From sequence record MH159197.1: DNA of 64,000 nucleotides. One strand, written 5' to 3'. This DNA is from Staphylococcus phage VB_SavM_JYL01. This document shows, piece by piece, positions 57,023-64,000 of this stretch. Each line of letters starts with the position of its first letter. The stretch's first letter is position 1. The notes beneath the pieces are model-generated. The model was not told the origin of the DNA and made no database searches. It saw only the letters and a program-made list of their open reading frames with translations. The position numbers and the translations under genes were made by a program.

Positions 57023-57782
57023 TGATGTAGTTAAGTTTTATGAAAAAGATATTAAAGACCTTATAAGAACTAAAAAACACATGTTTAAAGACGATGAGAT
57101 AACTAGTGATATAAATGATATACGTATATTTAATGAGAAAGTAATTTGTCAAGGTAAGTGTAGAACAGATTGCTTAGTACTAGACCGTAATGGTACTGTC
57201 ATGGGTATAGAAATAAAAACGGAAAGAGATTCTACACAGAGATTAAATAACCAATTAAAATATTATAGTCTAGTATGTAAGTATGTATATGTAATGTGCC
57301 ATGATAAACATGTACCTAAAGTAGAGCAGATACTTAAAAGATATAAACATAATCATGTAGGTATAATGAGTTACATTAATTTTAAAGGTAAACCTGTTGT
57401 AGGTAAATATAAAGATGCTACACCATCACCACATAGAAGCCCTTATCATACAATGAATATACTATGGAAGACAAATTTAATGACAATACTTAGGTTGATT
57501 AGAGACCCTCATACTTATAGAACAGGGTATAGTTATAATGCTAGCGGTAGGTATAGTGGTGGGGAAGGCAACTTCTCTCAAACAACTCAAAGTAAAAGAA
57601 TGAAAAAACCTGCTATTATTAACCAAATAATTCATTATGTAGGGGTAGATAATACTTATAAACTCTTTACAAGAGGTGTTATTTATGGTTATAATAATAG
57701 ATGGGAAGTTATAGAAGAAGATTTCTTTAATACTATGAAAAATGGGGTAAGAGTAATCAATGAGCAAAGACAAACCAAATAG
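57015..57782 (+). CDS. hypothetical protein with PD-(D/E)xK (VRR-NUC-like) nuclease motif candidate (255 aa)
   Basis: DCLVLDRNGTVMGIEIKTERDSTQRLNNQ shows a D..D...E.K....Q arrangement. Confidence 0.4.
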   Translation: MSNDVVKFYEKDIKDLIRTKKHMFKDDEITSDINDIRIFNEKVICQGKCRTDCLVLDRNGTVMGIEIKTERDSTQRLNNQLKYYSLVCKYVYVMCHDKHVPKVEQILKRYKHNHVGIMSYINFKGKPVVGKYKDATPSPHRSPYHTMNILWKTNLMTILRLIRDPHTYRTGYSYNASGRYSGGEGNFSQTTQSKRMKKPAIINQIIHYVGVDNTYKLFTRGVIYGYNNRWEVIEEDFFNTMKNGVRVINEQRQTK

Positions 57783-58206
57783 ACGTAAAGAGATACAGCA
57801 TCAACCTGTTAACTTTGCCCCAACAAATACTTTAACAGGAGCTAATAATAGTTTCTTTGCTAAAAAGCCCTCAGAACCTAAGGATACAACATCTGTTATT
57901 GAATATAGAATACTTTTTATTAAAAGATTTGATAATGTAACAAGTACAGATGTTAAGTTACAAAAAAAATATGCATTAAATCTTATTAGTGAGGCACTTG
58001 ATGTTAAAGAAACTTATCTATCTCTTAAACAAAAAGGAAAGAAAACAGAATCTATTTTACACACAGATAGAGTTTATTATGTGCATAGAGGTAAAAAACT
58101 TATTGGAAAATGTAGTATTAGGGAGCAAAGAACATTTAAAGGTAAACATTTGATATTTATATTTAAGACAAGACATAGAGTTAAAGCAGAAAGGAAAGAT
58201 AAATAA
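57760..58206 (+). CDS. hypothetical basic protein (148 aa)
   Basis: K/R-rich ORF with an RBS. Confidence 0.45.
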   Translation: MSKDKPNRRKEIQHQPVNFAPTNTLTGANNSFFAKKPSEPKDTTSVIEYRILFIKRFDNVTSTDVKLQKKYALNLISEALDVKETYLSLKQKGKKTESILHTDRVYYVHRGKKLIGKCSIREQRTFKGKHLIFIFKTRHRVKAERKDK

Positions 58207-59069
58207 TGTTAAAAGGATTTTCAGAACATGTAGATAAACCTACAACTATTAAAACCTTATATAAGACCTTAACAAGTGGTAAAGTAGAATTACTAGGTGT
58301 ATCTTATGGTAGTGATTACTTCCCTTCAGGTGTTACAGTACAAGCTTATATTGAAGATATAGGTAATGAAGATGAAGGTCTGCAGTTTGTTAATAAAGTA
58401 AACGTAGTGGAATCAATGAAACAGGCTGTAGTAGGTATGAACAATCAATTAGGTTCCTCAGGTCTTGGATATGTTAGAACTGAACAACTTAAAAAAGAGC
58501 TAGAAGAAACTGGATTAATGACAGATTTACTTGCTAGAGGTACTAACTTAACTTCTACTAAGAAAGTGGATATTGTAAGTACTTTTATTGAGCCTGAAGT
58601 AACATATCAAGACATTACTATAGCTAAAGATATTAAGTTACGTCTATACAAACTAGAAGAAGAGTCACCATTAAACGGTTATACACATATTGTATATCTT
58701 CTTACTACAGAGAAATTATATGATGGTCAAACACTATTTGGTATGCTATCTAAGAAAGATAAGTTATCTAAAGGAGATACTGATAAATTATTAGCATTCT
58801 TTAGAAATAATAGTTTAATAAGTAAAAGTGTATTTTGTGTTAAGTTATTAAGTAAAGACTACTACTTCAATTTATATAATACACATGAAACAGGTATATT
58901 CTTTTTAGAAGATACGGATATTATTACTATTGCTTGTGGTCAGTCATACGTTAAAGTTAATACTAAAGATATTAAATCTAGTCATGTTAAAATTGAAGAT
59001 GAGACTCATAAATTAACTGAGCTAGTAATTAACTTAAAAGGTGACGACACATTAACTATTTTATTCTAA
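58206..59069 (+). CDS. hypothetical protein (287 aa)
   Basis: AAAGGAAAG RBS; ATG overlaps the upstream stop. Confidence 0.5.
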   Translation: MLKGFSEHVDKPTTIKTLYKTLTSGKVELLGVSYGSDYFPSGVTVQAYIEDIGNEDEGLQFVNKVNVVESMKQAVVGMNNQLGSSGLGYVRTEQLKKELEETGLMTDLLARGTNLTSTKKVDIVSTFIEPEVTYQDITIAKDIKLRLYKLEEESPLNGYTHIVYLLTTEKLYDGQTLFGMLSKKDKLSKGDTDKLLAFFRNNSLISKSVFCVKLLSKDYYFNLYNTHETGIFFLEDTDIITIACGQSYVKVNTKDIKSSHVKIEDETHKLTELVINLKGDDTLTILF

Positions 59070-59440
59070 TAGAATGTTATAAATATGTGATAATTAAGTA
59101 TAAATATACGTTATATAGAAAGTTTTCATAATGTTTTTAATACAGAAACTAGTTAAGTTTTTTACACTTGTCCTAGTTTCTGTGAAATTATATTTATGAA
59201 AAGTTAAAATATCTTTTAGGTAAAGGCTTTGTAAATAGTTAAAAAATATATTAAAATTTTATACAAAGTAGTTAATAAAATTATATTACATTTATATATT
59301 ATGAAATAATAACAGAAATTGTGATATATTATATAGTGTAACCTTGAAACAGTTGATGTTGTAGGGTTTGTTTATGTTCGTTAAACTGGTTTCAGAACAT
59401 CAGTTACCATAAATAAATGACAGTTAAGGAGAGCTATATA

Positions 59441-60172
59441 ATGGCTAGAAAAAAGAATTTACGAAATAAAAACAGTGATATAAAAGTTGTTCCTGATAAA
59501 GAAAAAGAAAGTATATTATCTAAGCTATACCATAATAAATTACTACGCTCAAAGGTAGATAATGCTTTAGATGAAGATATGAGTTATGATGATATTATAG
59601 AACTATGTAAAGAATATGATTTAGAATTGTCTAAATCAGCTATTACAAGATACAAAAGTAAAAGAAAAGAAGCTATTGAAAATGGTTGGGATTTAGGAGA
59701 ATTAATTGATAAACGTAAAAAAACAAGCGTAAAAGATATTAAGGAAAAAGAAACTCCTATATTAGAAGAGGAGCAACTTTCTCCATTTGAACAATCAAAA
59801 CATCACACACAAACAATCTATGATGATATTCAAGTACTAGATATGATTATTTCTAAAGGTGCAAAAGGATTAGAATTTGTGGAAACTTTAGACCCTGCTT
59901 TAATGATACGTGCAATGGAAACTAAAGATAAGATTACCGGAAACCAATTAAAAGGTATGTCATTTATTGGACTTAGAGAATTACAATTAAAACAAACAGC
60001 TCAAGATACGGCTATGAGTGAAGTATTATTAGAGTTTATACCTGAAGAAAAACATGAAGAGGTATTACAACGATTAGAAGAACTACAAAATGAATTCTAC
60101 AAAAATCTAGATTTAGATGAAGAAAGTAGAAAATTAAAAGAAGCTCTTGATAGAGTAGGCTATACAATTTAG
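59441..60172 (+). CDS. hypothetical protein (243 aa)
   Basis: The track start is 59417. ATG 59441 after AAGGAGAG is preferred. Preceded by a 370-nt non-coding region. Confidence 0.5.
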   Translation: MARKKNLRNKNSDIKVVPDKEKESILSKLYHNKLLRSKVDNALDEDMSYDDIIELCKEYDLELSKSAITRYKSKRKEAIENGWDLGELIDKRKKTSVKDIKEKETPILEEEQLSPFEQSKHHTQTIYDDIQVLDMIISKGAKGLEFVETLDPALMIRAMETKDKITGNQLKGMSFIGLRELQLKQTAQDTAMSEVLLEFIPEEKHEEVLQRLEELQNEFYKNLDLDEESRKLKEALDRVGYTI

Positions 60173-60189
60173 ATAGTGAGGTTAGAGTA

Positions 60190-60648
60190 ATGGCAGATGA
60201 GATTAGTTTAAATCCAATACAAGATGCTAAGCCAATTGATGATATAGTAGATATCATGACATACTTAAAAAACGGAAAAGTACTGAGAGTTAAACAAGAC
60301 AACCAAGGGGATATCCTTGTTAGAATGAGTCCAGGGAAACATAAATTTACTGAAGTATCTAGAGACTTGGATAAAGAATCATTCTACTATAAAAGACATT
60401 GGGTTCTCTATAATGTATCTGTTAACTCTCTTATAACATTTGATGTTTACCTAGATGAAGAATACTCAGAAACAACTAAGGTTAAGTATCCTAAAGATAC
60501 TATTGTAGAATATACAAGAGAAGACCAAGAAAAAGATGTTGCTATGATTAAAGAAATACTTACAGATAATAATGGTAATTATTTCTATGCACTTACAGGA
60601 GAAACAATGCTCTTTGATGAAAATAAATTAAATAAAGTTAAAGATTAG
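60190..60648 (+). CDS. hypothetical protein (152 aa)
   Basis: GTGAGG RBS. Confidence 0.5.
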   Translation: MADEISLNPIQDAKPIDDIVDIMTYLKNGKVLRVKQDNQGDILVRMSPGKHKFTEVSRDLDKESFYYKRHWVLYNVSVNSLITFDVYLDEEYSETTKVKYPKDTIVEYTREDQEKDVAMIKEILTDNNGNYFYALTGETMLFDENKLNKVKD

Positions 60649-60650
60649 GG

Positions 60651-60679
60651 TTGACAGTTCTGAAAGTATATGATATAGT
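60651..60679 (+). promoter_or_regulatory. consensus sigmaA promoter (TTGACA-17-TGaTATAGT)
   Basis: Immediately after the stop of the 60190 gene. Confidence 0.6.
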
Positions 60680-60712
60680 ATATGTATACTAAAAATAAAG
60701 GAGCTAACAATT

Positions 60713-61156
60713 ATGTTTATTTCATTAAATCAAGAAGAGAAAGAATTATTAACTAAAGAGGAAAACAAGTATACACCATTAGAAACATCAAGAGAGTTTA
60801 ACACACCTAAAGAAGAATTCATTGTAACAAGTTATAATGAAGGTAAACCTTTAGATTACATTGCAAAAGAAGCTAAAGTAAGTATGGGATTAATTTACAC
60901 AGTCTTAAACTACTATAAAGTAGGTAAGCGTAACAAGAAATCACCTGTAGAAGAAAGAATTGCACATATCTTGAAAGACAAAAACTTAGTTAAAGAGATT
61001 ATTAAGGATTACCAGTATATGAATTTACAGGACATTTATAGTAAATATAATCTTCATAAGAATGGTTTATATTACATCTTGGATTTATACCATGTGGAAA
61101 GAAAATCTGAACTTAAGGACAAAGCATTGGAAGAGGATAATATTGTCGTTGAGTAA
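60713..61156 (+). CDS. small protein with HTH-like segment (147 aa); possible DNA-binding regulator
   Basis: AAGGAG RBS. ..SYNEGKPLDYIAKEAKVSMGLIYTVLNYYKV.. looks like a helix-turn-helix. Confidence 0.45.
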   Translation: MFISLNQEEKELLTKEENKYTPLETSREFNTPKEEFIVTSYNEGKPLDYIAKEAKVSMGLIYTVLNYYKVGKRNKKSPVEERIAHILKDKNLVKEIIKDYQYMNLQDIYSKYNLHKNGLYYILDLYHVERKSELKDKALEEDNIVVE

Positions 61157-61172
61157 GTAAAGAGGTTATAAT

Positions 61173-61877
61173 ATGAGAAATAAAAAATCATTTCAAGAGC
61201 AATTAAATGACATGCGTAATAAAGAGAAATGGGTATCTGAAGAGGAGTTCACTGAAGAAGTGACTCCTTCTGAAGAACCTGAAGTAGAAGAAGAAAAGTT
61301 ATATACTTTAAATGAGTTAAAAGAAAATTTATTGGATGCTCAGGGATTAAAAGATGTTGTCGATAATTTTCCTGCATCTAAGCCAGTATATGAATCTAAT
61401 AAGCTTTATATTTGTACAATACCAAAAGGATATCGTTCTACAGAAGTACAACCAGGTCAATATATTGGTATCAGTACAGGGTTATTATCAGAATCAGAAG
61501 ATTTTAGTCATTTAAGAGGTCAAATGCCTAGAAATCTTTATGAAACTTCTCATGTTTTAAAACCTTTAGTACGTATTAATAATACAAATCTCGAATATCA
61601 ACAGCATGAGTTACTTGAAGATATTAAAGATGACAAGAAGATATATGATGTTGAATTAGAAGACCTGAGGTTAGTAACAGGAGAAGAAATATCCCATTTA
61701 GAAATTGTCGATAGTAAGTTTTTTGAAAGTCGTATTAATGAAATTCTCGACCGCTATACTGAATTAACGGATTCCGATGATTTGCTTATATACTATAGTA
61801 AATTACGAGAATTAGTAGGCAGTGACAAAATGATTTATTGCTCACTTCTAGATAAATGTGTTAAAATTATAGATTAA
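61173..61877 (+). CDS. hypothetical acidic protein (234 aa)
   Basis: AAGAGG RBS. Confidence 0.5.
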   Translation: MRNKKSFQEQLNDMRNKEKWVSEEEFTEEVTPSEEPEVEEEKLYTLNELKENLLDAQGLKDVVDNFPASKPVYESNKLYICTIPKGYRSTEVQPGQYIGISTGLLSESEDFSHLRGQMPRNLYETSHVLKPLVRINNTNLEYQQHELLEDIKDDKKIYDVELEDLRLVTGEEISHLEIVDSKFFESRINEILDRYTELTDSDDLLIYYSKLRELVGSDKMIYCSLLDKCVKIID

Positions 61878-61883
61878 TAGTTA

Positions 61884-61925
61884 GTCTCCTCTTATATTAT
61901 AACTGTAAGAGGAGACATTTTTTAT
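61884..61925 (+). terminator. intrinsic terminator
   Basis: GTCTCCTCTTA / TAAGAGGAGAC 11-bp stem, 11-nt loop, then ATTTTTTAT. Confidence 0.7.
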
Positions 61926-61938
61926 AGAGGTGTTAATT

Positions 61939-62337
61939 ATGTCAAGAAAAGCAAGTATATTCTATATACTAGTAGTTATTGTTTTGGCTTTTTCTATTTC
62001 ATCTTATTATATATCTTCTTTCATGTATCACGACAAAGCAAAGAATGAAGTCTCTACTGAGTTATCAAACACGGGAAAGATTAAAGAAGAAAAGAACGTA
62101 GAATTTGTCGGTGACTATACACTTAAAAAAGTGGAAAATAATAAAGCTTACTTTATGGAAACATTACCTACTTACCTACCCGGTAGAACAGGAGATAACA
62201 GCATAGATATGAGGTACTACAAAACAAGTAGATTTAAAGAAGGGGTAAATTTCAAGCTTATTAGGGTATATACTGAAGATGGGGAAGATAATCCAATTCA
62301 TAAGTATAGGTTTGAAGCAGTACCAACCAAAAAGTAA
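61939..62337 (+). CDS. membrane-anchored protein (132 aa)
   Basis: The track start is GTG 61930. ATG 61939 after GAGGTG is preferred. N-terminal TM segment (IFYILVVIVLAFSISSYYISSF). Confidence 0.45.
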   Translation: MSRKASIFYILVVIVLAFSISSYYISSFMYHDKAKNEVSTELSNTGKIKEEKNVEFVGDYTLKKVENNKAYFMETLPTYLPGRTGDNSIDMRYYKTSRFKEGVNFKLIRVYTEDGEDNPIHKYRFEAVPTKK

Positions 62338-62353
62338 TAAGGAGGTGACTTAA

Positions 62354-62416
62354 ATGACAACATTAATTGTCGTCATCTTTATTGCTATCATTTATTACTT
62401 ATGGAACAGTGATTGA
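62354..62416 (+). CDS. tiny hydrophobic peptide (20 aa, MTTLIVVIFIAIIYYLWNSD)
   Basis: Near-consensus RBS TAAGGAGGTGA 6 nt before the ATG. The stop overlaps the start of the terminator hairpin. Confidence 0.3.
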   Translation: MTTLIVVIFIAIIYYLWNSD

Positions 62417-62448
62417 GTCAAGTTAATTCTTGACTCTCTTTTTGTTTT
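62415..62448 (+). terminator. intrinsic terminator (copy 2 of the repeated cassette)
   Basis: GAGTCAAG / CTTGACTC 8-bp stem, TTAATT loop, T-rich tail. Confidence 0.6.
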
Positions 62449-62458
62449 ATGGTATATT
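62430..62458 (+). promoter_or_regulatory. sigmaA promoter with -35 in the terminator arm (TTGACT-17-TGgTATATT)
   Basis: Same architecture and nearly the same sequence as 56437-56465, including the TATATTAATATA palindrome at 62453-62464. Confidence 0.55.
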
Positions 62459-62483
62459 AATATATAGAAAGGAGAGATTAATT

Positions 62484-62726
62484 ATGGAAATGGCAGATTT
62501 AGAAAGATTTGATACGTTTGTAAGATTAGTTTCAGACGATGAGCTTTCGGAGGAAAGAATATTAGAATTGAGTGTAGACTTATTAAATCCGATACTAGAA
62601 GGAGGTACAGCTTACCAAGCTAAAAAACGCATTAGAAGTAAGTTCGGTAAAATAGAAGCAAAAAACTTTAAAAGAAATTATAAATTCTTACTCAAGTCGA
62701 TAGCTCAAATAGACCAAGGGAGATAG
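62484..62726 (+). CDS. hypothetical protein (80 aa)
   Basis: The track start 62430 is the TTG of the promoter -35 box. ATG 62484 lies 7 nt after a GGAGAG RBS. Confidence 0.45.
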   Translation: MEMADLERFDTFVRLVSDDELSEERILELSVDLLNPILEGGTAYQAKKRIRSKFGKIEAKNFKRNYKFLLKSIAQIDQGR

Positions 62727-62730
62727 GACA

Positions 62731-63288
62731 ATGACAGAAAGGGAAAAGTTAGTTAAAGAGATTGAAGATGCTAATAGGGACATACAATTAAGGTTAAAAG
62801 AAGTAGATGATTATAAGGATAGTATACGTTCTAAAGGAACAAGAAACTATGTATCTACTAAGGTATTAGATTCAGTTATGGTAGGGCTAATTATAAGTTT
62901 CTTTATTCTTGTAATGTTACGTGTACTTGAATATTTTGTAACAGGTAATGCTGTTTATTCACCTTTAGCGCCTGCAGTTATTATTATGTTTGTTTTAGCC
63001 TTAGGTACATGGAAAGTAAGTAAAATGAATAAAATAGTATCCTACAGGGGAACTATTAAAATGTATTGGGAATTAAGTAATGCTGAGCAGAACCAAGCTA
63101 AGATATTTAAGTATCCTAATGATGAAGTAGATATCGTATCAAAACATAACTTAAGACAAATAACTTTTAGTGAGATTAATATCCTTCATCTTAAATATAT
63201 GAGATATAATAAGGCAGTAGAACAGCATACTAAGTTATCTAAAGAACTTTTTAAAAAAGATAAAGAAACTATTGACAAGAACAAATAA
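62731..63288 (+). CDS. membrane protein (185 aa)
   Basis: Two TM segments (VMVGLIISFFILVMLRVL, AVIIMFVLALGTW). Confidence 0.5.
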   Translation: MTEREKLVKEIEDANRDIQLRLKEVDDYKDSIRSKGTRNYVSTKVLDSVMVGLIISFFILVMLRVLEYFVTGNAVYSPLAPAVIIMFVLALGTWKVSKMNKIVSYRGTIKMYWELSNAEQNQAKIFKYPNDEVDIVSKHNLRQITFSEINILHLKYMRYNKAVEQHTKLSKELFKKDKETIDKNK

Positions 63289-63323
63289 GTGTAGTATAGT
63301 ATTACTAAAGGAGGAGAGATATT

Positions 63324-63500
63324 ATGGTTATACCTAGTATTAAAGCACAAAATAAATTCAAGAATGAATTAGAGTATTATAAGCAAGGTCACATTAGTGA
63401 AAGTAAAATGTTAGAATTAGCTTTTGATTACATTCAAGAATTAGAACAAAATAATGAATATGTTACTAATTTGCTAGAAGAGGAGAGATATGGTGAGTAA
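63324..63500 (+). CDS. small protein (58 aa) not in the ORF track
   Basis: AAAGGAGGAG RBS 7 nt upstream of ATG 63324. Stop at 63498-63500. Confidence 0.4.
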   Translation: MVIPSIKAQNKFKNELEYYKQGHISESKMLELAFDYIQELEQNNEYVTNLLEEERYGE

Positions 63501-63741
63501 ATTTATCGGAGTGTACTTATTTAATTTATTAGTAGTAGCGCTAATTTATACAGTAGGATTTTTATTCTTTTATGGTGTAGCTAGTTTAGTTATTATTATA
63601 ACTCATGCCACTATTGACCCATTTGTATTAGCTACTTTCTTAGGAATAGGATTCTTGGTTATTAGAACTGCACACAGAATCATGGCACGAGTAATCAATG
63701 ATGCAGTAGCCCAAGCCATTAAGGATAAAGAAAATGAATAA
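63490..63741 (+). CDS. small membrane protein (83 aa)
   Basis: Two TM segments (IGVYLFNLLVVALIYTVGFLFFYGV, PFVLATFLGIGFLVI). The start overlaps the preceding ORF. Confidence 0.45.
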   Translation: MVSKFIGVYLFNLLVVALIYTVGFLFFYGVASLVIIITHATIDPFVLATFLGIGFLVIRTAHRIMARVINDAVAQAIKDKENE

Positions 63742-63967
63742 AGGGGAATTTATTATGGATAAAACATTACCAAAGTTTAGTGTATATGAAGTTATTGTAA
63801 AGACTGTAATTATGACACCAACAGAAGGAAGTTCTGACCGAGAATCATTTTACTTTTCAACTCAAGAGTTAGCAGAAAGATTTGTTAAAGAAAACCAAGT
63901 AGAAACAAAAGATGGAAAGCGTGTATCTTTTTCTATTAAAGAGCGTAAAGTAAATCAACCAGGCTAA
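63734..63967 (+). CDS. hypothetical protein (77 aa; alternative start 63755 gives 70 aa)
   Basis: Two candidate ATGs, each with an RBS. The stop is followed by a terminator. Confidence 0.45.
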   Translation: MNKGEFIMDKTLPKFSVYEVIVKTVIMTPTEGSSDRESFYFSTQELAERFVKENQVETKDGKRVSFSIKERKVNQPG

Positions 63968-63989
63968 CATTAATTTGTTAGCTTTTTTT
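63963..63989 (+). terminator. intrinsic terminator
   Basis: GCTAACA / TGTTAGC stem, TTAATT loop, T7 run. It is followed by TTGACA at 63991-63996, the -35 of another promoter cut by the window end. Confidence 0.65.
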
Positions 63990-64000
63990 ATTGACAAATC

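Overview
AT-rich (roughly 30% GC by eye), densely packed dsDNA bacteriophage sequence with every supportable gene on the + strand. Gene content, order and protein lengths match a Twort-like staphylococcal myovirus (Herelleviridae/Twortvirinae, Kayvirus-like, i.e. phage K/ISP-type). That placement is from memory of those genomes, not from a database search. The window has three parts. (1) 0-26.8 kb is the tail/baseplate morphogenesis module: two chaperone-like genes, a 1351-aa tape measure protein carrying a lysozyme-like domain, an 808-aa tail-associated CHAP lysin, a baseplate protein with a C-terminal glycerophosphodiester phosphodiesterase domain, a LysM+gp25-like wedge protein, a BaseplateJ-like protein, and large fibre/adsorption proteins including two RBP-like proteins with paralogous N-termini. 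(2) 26.9-51.9 kb is the DNA replication/recombination/nucleotide metabolism module: an SF2 helicase, a wHTH 'Rep' protein, a DnaB-like helicase, SbcD/SbcC, a primase, an Hjc-like resolvase, NrdI-NrdE-NrdF, a thioredoxin-like protein, an HU-like protein, an intron-free family-A DNA polymerase, a gp32-like SSB candidate, a RecA/UvsX-like recombinase and a sigma-like factor. (3) 52-64 kb holds Ig-like domain proteins followed by about 20 small genes of unknown function, including several membrane proteins, a second metallophosphoesterase and a PD-(D/E)xK-like protein. Non-coding signal is rich: many consensus sigmaA-type promoters (TTGACA-17-TGnTATAAT), many intrinsic terminators, terminator-promoter cassettes (one duplicated nearly verbatim), and promoters embedded in perfect 8-9 bp inverted repeats built on a GTATAC/TGGTATA half-site. 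No tRNA, rRNA, CRISPR, transposase/integrase or self-splicing intron was recognised.
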